Of a stretch of 64,000 nt of DNA, positions 56,057 to 64,000 are shown in pieces; position 1 is the stretch's first letter; each line of letters starts with the position of its first letter. This DNA comes from Candidatus Marinacidobacterium sp. (GTDB lineage: Bacteria > Acidobacteriota > Vicinamibacteria > Marinacidobacterales > Marinacidobacteraceae): contig OZ242011.1 in NCBI GenBank assembly GCA_965204755.1, positions 2,912,001-2,976,000 of the forward strand. The letters run 5' to 3'. The notes beneath the pieces are model-generated. The model was not told the DNA's origin, did no database searches, and worked only from the letters and a program-made list of their open reading frames with translations. Made by a program: the position numbers and the translations under genes.

Positions 56057-57640
56057 TCAGGGGTCCTCGGCGCCCGGGCCTTCGAGCGGGATGGCCGGGA
56101 CTGCGGCGGCGGCCGGTTCGCCGTCCTCCGGCGCATCCCCGCAGGGAGCGAGTTCCTCCCGCAGCCGCGCGCTCCGCTGCCGGCGGCGCCGGACGATGCC
56201 CGCCACCGTCTCCATCCGCTGGCGGGGGCCCGCGCTCCGTCGGACGCCTTCGACGGCTCGACCGGCATCGGACGGAGTGAGCCCCGGCAGGACCGCCGAC
56301 GCCTCCAGCGGACGGGCCGGCGCCCCTCGCCCCAGGGCCAGGAAGTCCGCCCGGAGCATCTTCTCCCCGCGCTTGCCGCTGATGCGCCAGAACTCCCGAA
56401 CGCCCAAGTCGGCGTACCGGGCGATCTTGCCCTCGTCGGCGTGGGTGATCTCGACTTCGACCACGAGGTCCGGGCCGTTTTGTTCGAGGAATGCTTGCGC
56501 GGCTTCCTCGCTCTCGGCCTCGGCGCGGAGGTAGGCCTCGGCCCGTTCCCCCACATGGAAGCAACAGTCCGGTTCCGGACCGGTTCCCGGAGGTTCCCCC
56601 TCCCCGCGCAGGCGCACATTCCCGAATTTGGCCGTGGCCCGGCCCAGCGCCTCCGCCGCGCAGTCCACGATGTCGTCGAGGACCACGCCCAGGCGCTCGT
56701 GGAGGCGCGAAGGGCTCATGAGGACGACGACTTCCCGCGCCGGGTCGAGCCATACCCGGCGGAACCGGCTCGTCCAGTCCAGCCCGGCGAGGGCCGCCAC
56801 CGTCGCCGCGTCCGCGCGCAGGCGGTAGATCGTCGAGCCGAGCGGCCCGACGAAACTCGTGCGCTCCGGCGGCGGGACCGCGCCGCCCGCCGGCGGCGGC
56901 GCCCCGTAGGGGGCGCGTTCTTCCCGCACCCGGAAACTCTCGCGTCGGCGCCGCCGGACGATGCGCGCCACCCACTCGATGCCCTCCCGGGGGTCCAGGC
57001 TCAGTTGGACACCCTCGACGGCTTCGCAGACATCCGGCGGAGTGAGCCCCGGCAGGACCGCCGACGCCTCCAGCGGACGCGGCGCCGCGCCCCGGCCGAG
57101 AGCCAGGAAGTCCGCCGAGAGCGTCTCCCCTCCGCGCTTGCCGCGCAGTCTCCAGAACTCCCGGACCCCCAGGTCGGCGTAACGAACGATCTTGCCCTCG
57201 TCCGCGTGGGTGATCTCGACTTCGACGACGAGGTCCGGGCCGTTCTCCGCGAGGAAGGCGTCCGCCGCTTCCTGGCTCCCGGCCAGCGCCTCGACATAGG
57301 CGCGGGCGCGCTCCCCGACATAGAAGGAGCAGTCCGGCTCCATGCCCGTTCCGGGCGGCGCGTCCTTCCCGCGCAGGCGAACGCTCCGGAGTTTGGCGGA
57401 GGCGCGGCCCAGGACGCCGGCCGCCGCCCGCACGATGTCGTCGAAGACCCCGGTCAGGCCTTCGTGGCGGGGTGACGGGGACATGAGGACGACGACCCCC
57501 CCGACCGGGTCCAGCCACACCCGGCGGAAGCGGCTCGTCCAGTCCAGACCGGCGAGCGCGGCCACCGTCGCCGCGTCCGCGCGCAGGCGGTAGATCGTCG
57601 AGCCGAGCGGCCCGACGAAACTCGTGCTCGTCCCGGTCAT
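56057..57640 (-). CDS. Uma2-family (PD-(D/E)XK) endonuclease, tandem two-domain fusion
   Basis: Two copies of MSPSxxHE...EPDCxF...PDLVVEVEIT...KxxxYADLGVREFW. Confidence 0.85.
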   Translation of the reverse strand: MTGTSTSFVGPLGSTIYRLRADAATVAALAGLDWTSRFRRVWLDPVGGVVVLMSPSPRHEGLTGVFDDIVRAAAGVLGRASAKLRSVRLRGKDAPPGTGMEPDCSFYVGERARAYVEALAGSQEAADAFLAENGPDLVVEVEITHADEGKIVRYADLGVREFWRLRGKRGGETLSADFLALGRGAAPRPLEASAVLPGLTPPDVCEAVEGVQLSLDPREGIEWVARIVRRRRRESFRVREERAPYGAPPPAGGAVPPPERTSFVGPLGSTIYRLRADAATVAALAGLDWTSRFRRVWLDPAREVVVLMSPSRLHERLGVVLDDIVDCAAEALGRATAKFGNVRLRGEGEPPGTGPEPDCCFHVGERAEAYLRAEAESEEAAQAFLEQNGPDLVVEVEITHADEGKIARYADLGVREFWRISGKRGEKMLRADFLALGRGAPARPLEASAVLPGLTPSDAGRAVEGVRRSAGPRQRMETVAGIVRRRRQRSARLREELAPCGDAPEDGEPAAAAVPAIPLEGPGAEDP

Positions 57641-57725
57641 CCGGGCTCCTCGGCGCCCGGGCCTTCGGGCGGGACAGCCTCGCCGGCGGCGGCGTCCGGG
57701 CGGGCGCCCGACGGAGCGGGACGGG

Positions 57726-58349
57726 TCACGGCGCGGCCTCCGGGGCGGGCCGGCCGGCGAGCCGCGCGAGAACCCGGCGCGCGACGCCCGATCGCCTCTC
57801 TCCCTGCGCCGCCCAGTCGCCGGCGGCCCACAACTCCTCCAAGTCTTCCCGGTGGACGCCGGGAACGACTTCGGACGCGGGAACCGACTCCGCCTCCGCT
57901 CCCGGCCGGCGGCGGTGGATCGCCGCCCCGCCCGTCGGCGTCCACGCCCAGACCTCGCGCACTCCCGAGTCGAAGTAGTCGCCGCGCTTTTCCGCCGCGC
58001 GCGCCGGCGGGGAACTCCGGTCGATCTCCACGACCAGCGGCGGCGGTCGGTGCCCGCGTTCCGGACAGCACGCCTCGTCGAAGCCGAAACCGAGTTCGAC
58101 TCCGGGGTCGAAGAAGTAGAACGACTCGTCCGGTTCCAGCACCGAGCCGCGCCACTCGATCCGGAGCGCGCCGGCCCCGTACGCCCGGTCGCCGCACACC
58201 GCGCGAACCAGGTCGTACGCCAGCCTCGCGCGGGAGTCGCGGCCGAGCATCGGCTCCGCCACCACCTCCGCCAGTCCGCGGCGAGCGTCGTAGTCCCCCC
58301 GCGGCCAGGCGAAACGGCTCGCCCCGCGGTCGAACTCCGCCCGCGTCAT
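57726..58349 (-). CDS. Divergent Uma2-family endonuclease
   Basis: LEPDESFY, PPLVVEIDRSS, KRGDYFDSGVREVW; GGAGG upstream of ATG 58349. Confidence 0.75.
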   Translation of the reverse strand: MTRAEFDRGASRFAWPRGDYDARRGLAEVVAEPMLGRDSRARLAYDLVRAVCGDRAYGAGALRIEWRGSVLEPDESFYFFDPGVELGFGFDEACCPERGHRPPPLVVEIDRSSPPARAAEKRGDYFDSGVREVWAWTPTGGAAIHRRRPGAEAESVPASEVVPGVHREDLEELWAAGDWAAQGERRSGVARRVLARLAGRPAPEAAP

Positions 58350-58379
58350 CCGCCGACCCTCCACGCCCCGCGCCGACCT

Positions 58380-58535
58380 CGCACTCGCCGGCTCGCCCGC
58401 ACTCGCCGGTTCGCCCGCACTCACCGCCTCAGCCGCTCCTTTCCGCGCTCACGCGAAACGCACCCGTCAGTCTCGGTCTCGGGCTCGATTCCGGGCTCGA
58501 TATCGGGCTCGGTCTCGGGCTCGATCTCCGTCCCG
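58380..58535. repeat. Short tandem repeats (18-bp GCACTCGCCGGYTCGCCC x2.5; 12-bp CGGGCTCGRTNT x4-5)
   Basis: Read directly. Confidence 0.7.
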
Positions 58536-58771
58536 ATCCGGGCGCCGACCGCAGTGTAACCACTTGGTTCGACGGGCGCTTCCGCGCCTCCGGCGCCCCC
58601 GCGGGCTCGCCCCGGCGGCGGCGGAACGGCGTCGGATGACGCCGACTGTCGAGAGACACCAACCCTTGCGCAGTTGGGAGACACCGACTTTTGCGCACCC
58701 GGAAGCGGCGGAGGGGAGGCCGATCCCGAACTACGACCCGTCCACGAAAGCGGGGCGACCTCACCCCGCAG

Positions 58772-59137
58772 CTATACACAATTCCGTCCACCTATACACA
58801 ATTCCGGTCAGCTATACACAATTCGGGGGATCCAGCTATACACAATTCGGCTGAACCCCTTGCGGCCGTAGGCGATACGAGAAACCATCGGGCGGCCCGG
58901 GACGCCCCTCCGGGAGGCGTACGCGGCCCTCGGATGCCCCATGTGCGGCTTCCCGGGCTCCCCGGCGGTCGTCCGGCGAGTCCCGAAGCGGCGTGTTCCG
59001 CCGCCGGCCCGCGCCGCGGCGTCCACCTATACACAATTCGCGTCACCTATACACAATTCCGGGCCGAGCTATACACAATTCGGCCGAGCTATACACAATT
59101 CGACCTATACACAATTCCGCTCACCTATACACAATTC
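58772..59137 (+). repeat. Split array of 10 direct repeats of CTATACACAATTC (4 + 6), iteron/DnaA-box-like
   Basis: Exact 13-mers start at 58772, 58792, 58812, 58836, 59027, 59047, 59069, 59089, 59105, 59125. Confidence 0.95.
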
Positions 59138-59317
59138 GCCCACCGCCCGGCGGGGGCGCGGGACGAGCGGGGGCTCTCCCCGCGGAGCCGTCGGAAGCGG
59201 AGGGCGCCCCGGAGGCCGAGGCGGAGGATCGGGCGAAGGATCGGGGCGGCTTCGCCGCCCGGCGGCGCGTCCGACTTCCCGCCGCCCGGCGGGGGCGCCG
59301 GCCGCTCGCGCCCCTCG

Positions 59318-60133
59318 TTACGGCTCCTCGGTGCTCAGGCCATCGAGCGGGATGGCTCCGACGGCGGCGGCGGCCGGCGCCCCGACCGCCGCCTCCCCGT
59401 AGGGCGCCCGCTCCTCGCGCACGCGCACGCTCTGCTGCCGGCGGCGCCGGACGATGCTCGCCACCGTCTCGATCCGGTCACGGTTGTGCGGGCTCCGCCG
59501 GACGCCCTCGACGGCTCGACAGACATCCGACGGAGTGAGCCCCGACAGGACCTCCGACGCGTCCAGCGGACGCGGCGGCGCCCCTCGCCGGAGGGCCAGG
59601 AAGTCCGCCCGGAGCGTCTTCTCCCCGCGTTTGCCGCGGAGGCGCCAGAACTCCCGCACGCCCAGGTCGGCGTACCGGGCGGTCTTCCCTTCGTCGGCGT
59701 GGGTGACCTCCACCTCGACCACCAGGTCCGGGCCGTTCTGCTCGAGGAACGCCTGCGCGGCTTCCTCGCTCTCGGCCGCGGCGTCCAGATACGCCCGGGC
59801 TCGATCCCCGACATAGAAGGAACAATCCGGTTCCATGCCGGTGCCGGGAGGCTCCCCTCTCCCGCGGAGGCGCACGCTCCCGGACTTGGTCGAGGCGCGG
59901 CCCAGCGCGTCCGCCGCCGCACCCACGATCTCGTCGATGACCCGGGTCAGGAGTTCATGGAGCGGCGACGGAGACATGAGGACCACCACTTCCCGCACCG
60001 GGTCCAGCCACACCCGGCGGAAGCGGCTCGTCAGGTCCAGGCCGGCGAGCGCGGCCACCGTCGCCGCGTCCGCGCGCAGGCGGTAGATCGTCGAGCCGAG
60101 CGGCCCGACGAAACTCGTGCTCGTCTCCGTCAC
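59318..60133 (-). CDS. Uma2-family endonuclease, close paralog of both halves of 56057-57640
   Basis: GTG start with GGAGG; MSPSPLHE, MEPDCSFY, PDLVVEVEVT, YADLGVREFW. Confidence 0.85.
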   Translation of the reverse strand: MTETSTSFVGPLGSTIYRLRADAATVAALAGLDLTSRFRRVWLDPVREVVVLMSPSPLHELLTRVIDEIVGAAADALGRASTKSGSVRLRGRGEPPGTGMEPDCSFYVGDRARAYLDAAAESEEAAQAFLEQNGPDLVVEVEVTHADEGKTARYADLGVREFWRLRGKRGEKTLRADFLALRRGAPPRPLDASEVLSGLTPSDVCRAVEGVRRSPHNRDRIETVASIVRRRRQQSVRVREERAPYGEAAVGAPAAAAVGAIPLDGLSTEEP

Positions 60134-60240
60134 CGATGTTCCTCCGAAGTCCGAAGGGTAACGGCGACGATCGGGCGGCCGCGGGTTTCCGCGGCGGGAC
60201 GGGCCGCCGCGGGTCCGGCCGGCCGCCGGCCGGGAGCGGG

Positions 60241-61353
60241 TCAGCGTCGGCGGAGCGTGTTGCGGTCCACCAGGCGGACGGAGACGGAGCGCTCCCGGCC
60301 GTCTCGCCAGACGGTGAGTTCCACTTCGTCTCCCACCCGGTGGTGCGTCTCCAGCAGCAGCATCAGGTCGCGCCGGGACGCCACCCGGACGCCGTCCACC
60401 GAGAGCAGGTAGTCCCCGCCGTAGCGGATGCGCAGGTTCCCGATCCGCCCCATGCGCTCCGCGCCCCGGAGCCCGGCGCGGGCGGTGGGGCCTCCCCGCG
60501 CGACCGACCGGATCATCAGGCCGCCGCCCTCCGGCGCCGCCACCCCGGAGCGGCGGAACACGCCGGCCAGCCGGGGCGGGACCTCCTGGACCGACATCGC
60601 CAGGTGGGGATGCGGGTACCGCCCGTTCTCGATGAGTTCCGGCGCCACCCGCGCCACCGTGGCCGCCGGGATGGCGTAGCCGATGCCGGCCGAGCCGCCG
60701 GTCGGGCTCACGATGGCGCTGTTCACCCCGACCACCCGGCCGTCCAGGTCGAGCAGCGGCCCCCCGGAGTTGCCCCGGTTGATCGCCGCGTCGGTCTGGA
60801 TGATCTCCCCGATGAAGGCTCGGTCGGGGCTCTCGATGACGCGGCCGAGCCCGCTCACCACCCCGGTGGTCAGGGTCTGCTCCAGCCCGAACGGATGCCC
60901 GATGGCGATCACGAACCGGCCCACTTCCAACTCGTCGGAGTCGCCGAGGGCGAGCGGCTCGCGCCCCTCCGCGCCCGAAGGCGCCCGGATCACCGCCAGG
61001 TCGTTCGTCGGGTCGCTCCCGACCAACCGCGCGGCGCGGACTTCGCCGTCGGCGAAAGTGACTTGCAGTTCGACGGCGCCTTCGACGACATGGAAGTTCG
61101 TCACGATGTGCCCGCGCCGGTCGTAGAGGAACCCGGACCCGGTCCCCTCCTCGGTCGTCGGCCCCCGGAACCAGTCGAACCCCTGCGTCCGGGAAGTGAT
61201 GTTCACCACCGCCGGGGTGGCCGCCCGATAGACCGACGACACCCGCCGCTCCAGTTCGATCTGGGCGGAAGCGCCGGCCGCGGCGCCCGCCGCCAGGACG
61301 GCGGCGAGCCCGAGCGCCGGAACGGCGAACGCAGGCCGGCGGCCGAGGGTCAT
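60241..61353 (-). CDS. HtrA/S1C trypsin-like serine protease with PDZ domain
   Basis: GSGF, VTNFHVV, DLAV, IQTDAAINRGNSGGPL. Confidence 0.93.
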   Translation of the reverse strand: MTLGRRPAFAVPALGLAAVLAAGAAAGASAQIELERRVSSVYRAATPAVVNITSRTQGFDWFRGPTTEEGTGSGFLYDRRGHIVTNFHVVEGAVELQVTFADGEVRAARLVGSDPTNDLAVIRAPSGAEGREPLALGDSDELEVGRFVIAIGHPFGLEQTLTTGVVSGLGRVIESPDRAFIGEIIQTDAAINRGNSGGPLLDLDGRVVGVNSAIVSPTGGSAGIGYAIPAATVARVAPELIENGRYPHPHLAMSVQEVPPRLAGVFRRSGVAAPEGGGLMIRSVARGGPTARAGLRGAERMGRIGNLRIRYGGDYLLSVDGVRVASRRDLMLLLETHHRVGDEVELTVWRDGRERSVSVRLVDRNTLRRR

Positions 61354-61439
61354 GGGCGGCTGGCGGCGGCTCTCGGGGATGGCGATCCCGGTATTTTGCT
61401 TCCGGCTCGGCCGCTTCCCTTTGGTATCGTTCCGGGACT

Positions 61440-62438
61440 ATGAAATCCGTTTTCAAGATCATCGCCGTCGGGGCGGTCGCTGCTCTCGCGGCATGCGGCG
61501 GCGGCGCGCCGGAGACGCTGACCATCTACTGCGGGCGGGGCGAGTCGCTGGTCGGCCCGGTGGTCGAGCGCTTCATGGCGGAGACCGGCATCCCGGTCGA
61601 GGTCCGGTACGGCGGCACCGCCGACCTGGCGGCGCAGATCCTCGAAGAAGGCGAAGTCAGCCCCGCCGATGTCTATTACGGACAGGACGCCGGCGCGCTC
61701 GGCCAACTGGCGGCCGAGGGCCGGCTGCGCGCGCTCTCCGCGGAGATCCTGGCCCGGGTTCCCGAAGGGTTCCGCGACCCCGGCGGCCGCTGGGTGGGAA
61801 CCACCGGCCGGGCGCGGGTCTTCGTTTACAACACGGAACTCCTGGGGCCGGAGGACCTGCCGGACTCCGTCTGGGGCTTCACCGAGCCCGAATGGAAGGA
61901 CCGGATCGGCTGGGCGCCCACGAACGGCTCCTTCCAGGCGTTCGTCACCGCCCTCCGCGTCCTCGAGGGCGAGGAGCGGGCCGAAGAGTGGCTGCGGGGG
62001 ATCCTGGCGAACGAGCCCGAGGCGTACTCCGGCAACACCGCGATCTACCAGGCGGTCGCCGACGGTGAAGTGGAAGTCGGCCTCTCCAACCACTACTACC
62101 TCTTCCGTTTCCTCGAGCAGCAGGGCGACGAGTTTCCGGCCCGAAGCGTGAGTCCGGCCGGCGGCGGCGCGGGCAGCCTGATCAACATCTCCGGCGGCGG
62201 CGTGCTCGACACCGCGCAGAACCCGGAGGGGGCGGAGAGATTCCTCGCCTACCTCCTCTCGGACGCGGTGCAGGCGGACTTCGCCGCCCGGACCTACGAG
62301 TATCCGCTCGTCGCCGGGATCGCCACCGACCCGGCGGTCATCCCGCTCGAAGAGATCCGGCCGCCGGACCTGGAACTCGGCGACCTCGAGGATCTCCGCG
62401 GCACCCTCGACCTCCTCCGGACCGTCGGGGCGCTCTAG
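61440..62438 (+). CDS. Fe3+ ABC transporter substrate-binding lipoprotein (FbpA/AfuA-like)
   Basis: Lipobox LAAC, SPADVY, RARVFVYN, WAPTNGSFQAF, NHYY, EYPL. Confidence 0.9.
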   Translation: MKSVFKIIAVGAVAALAACGGGAPETLTIYCGRGESLVGPVVERFMAETGIPVEVRYGGTADLAAQILEEGEVSPADVYYGQDAGALGQLAAEGRLRALSAEILARVPEGFRDPGGRWVGTTGRARVFVYNTELLGPEDLPDSVWGFTEPEWKDRIGWAPTNGSFQAFVTALRVLEGEERAEEWLRGILANEPEAYSGNTAIYQAVADGEVEVGLSNHYYLFRFLEQQGDEFPARSVSPAGGGAGSLINISGGGVLDTAQNPEGAERFLAYLLSDAVQADFAARTYEYPLVAGIATDPAVIPLEEIRPPDLELGDLEDLRGTLDLLRTVGAL

Positions 62439-62659
62439 CGGCCCGTGGAAGAAGCGCCCCGCCCTCCGCTCTTCGACCGGAGGATGCGAAGTCCCCGTCG
62501 GGTTCGGATGCGGGGCGCTTCTCCCCCGGGCAGGCGGCGCGAATCGCTTCGCGATTCCCCCCGCCGTCTTTCGCGGGGAGGGGGACACCCCCTCCCCGCA
62601 TCCCTCCCCGGTCGGCGCTTCGCGCCGACGGGCGCTCCGTGGACTTTCTCCACGGGCTG
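62439..62659. mobile_element. MITE-like element, 221 bp, copy 2
   Basis: TIRs CGGCCCGTGGAAGAAG / CTTTCTCCACGGGCTG; flanked by CTAG (containing the upstream stop codon) and TTAG. Confidence 0.78.
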
Positions 62660-62779
62660 TTAGGCGTCCCGTCTCCACGCTCCGGGCGGTGACCGCGCCT
62701 CCCCGGCCGGGCGGGCGCCCGCCGGTCGGCGGCGAACTCCACCGGTCGGAGCAGGGGCCGCCGGCGGGACGGACGAACG

Positions 62780-64000
62780 ATGACCATCCACCACACGCGG
62801 CCGGGTTCCGGTCGGCCGGCCGCCGCGCTCCGGCCGGGGCGGCCTCCGTCGCGTTCGGTCGTCGTCGCCGGCGCGCTGGTCGGCGCCTGCTGCCTGCTGC
62901 CGCTCCTCTATCTCGCCGGGCGGGCCGCGTTCTCCGGGGCGCTGGCGGACACCGTGCTCCGCAGCCGGAGTCTCGGCGTCGCCGGGCGCACGGTCCTCCT
63001 CACGGTCACGGTCTCGCTGGCGGCGACCGCGCTGGGGCTCCCGCTCGCCTGGCTGACCGCCCGCACCGACCTGCCGGGCCGCCGGCTGCTCACCGGGCTG
63101 CTCGCGCTGCCGCTGGCCGTGCCGTCCTATGTGGCGGCCTTCACCGCGGTCACGGCGCTCGGCCCGCGGGGGCTGCTCTTCCGCGCGGTCGAGCCGCTGA
63201 CCGGGTGGGAGCGGCTGCCGGAGATCTACGGGTTTCCGGGGGCCTTCCTGGTGCTCACGCTGCTCAACTATCCGTATGCGTACCTGGCGGCGCGGGCGCG
63301 GTTCGCCGGGATGGACGCCTCGCTCCGGGAGGCGGCGCAGGTGCTCGGCGCCGGGAGGTGGCGCCGGTTCCGGCGGGTCACCCTGCCGCTGCTCTCCGGC
63401 GCCTTGCTCTCCGGCGGGCTGCTCTCCGCGCTCTACACGCTGAGCGACTTCGGCGCCGTCTCCCTCCTCCGCTACGAGACCTTCACCTGGGCCATCTACA
63501 ACCACTACCGGGGCTCGCTCGACCGCGAGACCGCCGCCGGGCTGGCGCTCCTGCTGGTCTTCGCGACGCTCCTGGTCCTGGCCGCCGTCCGCTGGATCGA
63601 GTCCCGGACGGCGCCGCCCGCGCCGGGCGCCGTCCGGCCCCGCCGCCCGAAGCCCGCCCCGCTCGGCGCGTTCCGCTGGCCCGCCTTCGCGCTTTGTCTC
63701 GCCGTGCTCGTCCCGGCGCTGCTCCTGCCGACCGCGGTCTGCCTCTACTGGTGGATCCGGGCGCCGGGCGGCGCGGCGGCCGGGCTGCTCCCGGCGCTCG
63801 GACGCACCGGGCTCGCGGCGGCGCTCGCCGCCGGCTGCACGACCGCCGCCGCCTTCCCGGTCGCCTTCCTCGCCGTCCGCTTCCGCTCCCGCGCCACCGC
63901 GGCGCTGCGCTCCGCCTGCCACCTCGGGTTCGGGCTGCCGGGGCTGGTGGTCGGGCTCTCGCTGGTGTGGTTTTCGGTGAACGCCGCCCCGTTCCTCTAC
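62780..64000 (+). CDS. Fe3+ ABC transporter permease (FbpB-like), truncated by the window end
   Basis: Manual translation from ATG 62780: AWLTARTDLPGRR, PLAVPSYV, YPYAY, EAAQVLG (EAA loop), LSDFGAVSLL. Confidence 0.88.
   Translation, partial: MTIHHTRPGSGRPAAALRPGRPPSRSVVVAGALVGACCLLPLLYLAGRAAFSGALADTVLRSRSLGVAGRTVLLTVTVSLAATALGLPLAWLTARTDLPGRRLLTGLLALPLAVPSYVAAFTAVTALGPRGLLFRAVEPLTGWERLPEIYGFPGAFLVLTLLNYPYAYLAARARFAGMDASLREAAQVLGAGRWRRFRRVTLPLLSGALLSGGLLSALYTLSDFGAVSLLRYETFTWAIYNHYRGSLDRETAAGLALLLVFATLLVLAAVRWIESRTAPPAPGAVRPRRPKPAPLGAFRWPAFALCLAVLVPALLLPTAVCLYWWIRAPGGAAAGLLPALGRTGLAAALAAGCTTAAAFPVAFLAVRFRSRATAALRSACHLGFGLPGLVVGLSLVWFSVNAAPFLY

Noticed and set aside
58772-59137. CRISPR array
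   Set aside because: The repeat is only 13 bp with 3-11-nt linkers; no cas genes or leader are present.
1141-59213. 20-bp match GAAGCGGAGGGCGCCCCGGA at 1141 and about 59194 as an att or target duplication
   Set aside because: An isolated GC-rich match, with one copy inside a CDS and no integrase; it could be chance.
58691-59538. ORFs with YTQF / IHNS / LYTI repeats
   Set aside because: These are translations of the DNA repeat in all three frames. The spacings are mostly not multiples of 3, so the constraint is at DNA level.
1-64000. tRNA, rRNA, riboswitch, prophage or integron
   Set aside because: None was recognised by eye. A covariance-model scan (Infernal/Rfam, tRNAscan-SE) is needed to exclude small RNAs.

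Overview
A 64 kb high-GC (roughly 70-75% by eye) bacterial chromosomal segment. The gene content (DUF1592/DUF1552/ankyrin and DUF1549-1553/DUF1501/FGE clusters, multiple Uma2 nucleases, S9 peptidase, several sodium:solute symporters) is of the Acidobacteriota/Planctomycetota type; this taxonomy is inference. About 40 real CDSs are supported, and most long ORFs in the track are GC-rich shadow frames. Main unusual signals: (1) a DUF1592-DUF1552-ankyrin operon present twice, 8455 bp apart with recQ between the copies, in which near-identical G/T-skewed blocks alternate with diverged C-rich blocks (GRINS-like gene conversion outside a PKS); (2) a split array of ten CTATACACAATTC repeats, mostly 20 bp apart, inside a Uma2 nuclease cluster; (3) apparent absence of AGCT and ACGT from host DNA, except in two low-GC islands and, for AGCT, in that array; (4) a 221 bp MITE, plus a 95 bp derivative sitting in-frame in a gene; (5) candidate defence genes (DUF262-Schlafen fusion, HEPN-motif protein); (6) a radical SAM/halogenase-like/decarboxylase/symporter operon. 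No rRNA, tRNA or CRISPR array was recognised. All family calls come from motif recognition by eye, not from database searches.
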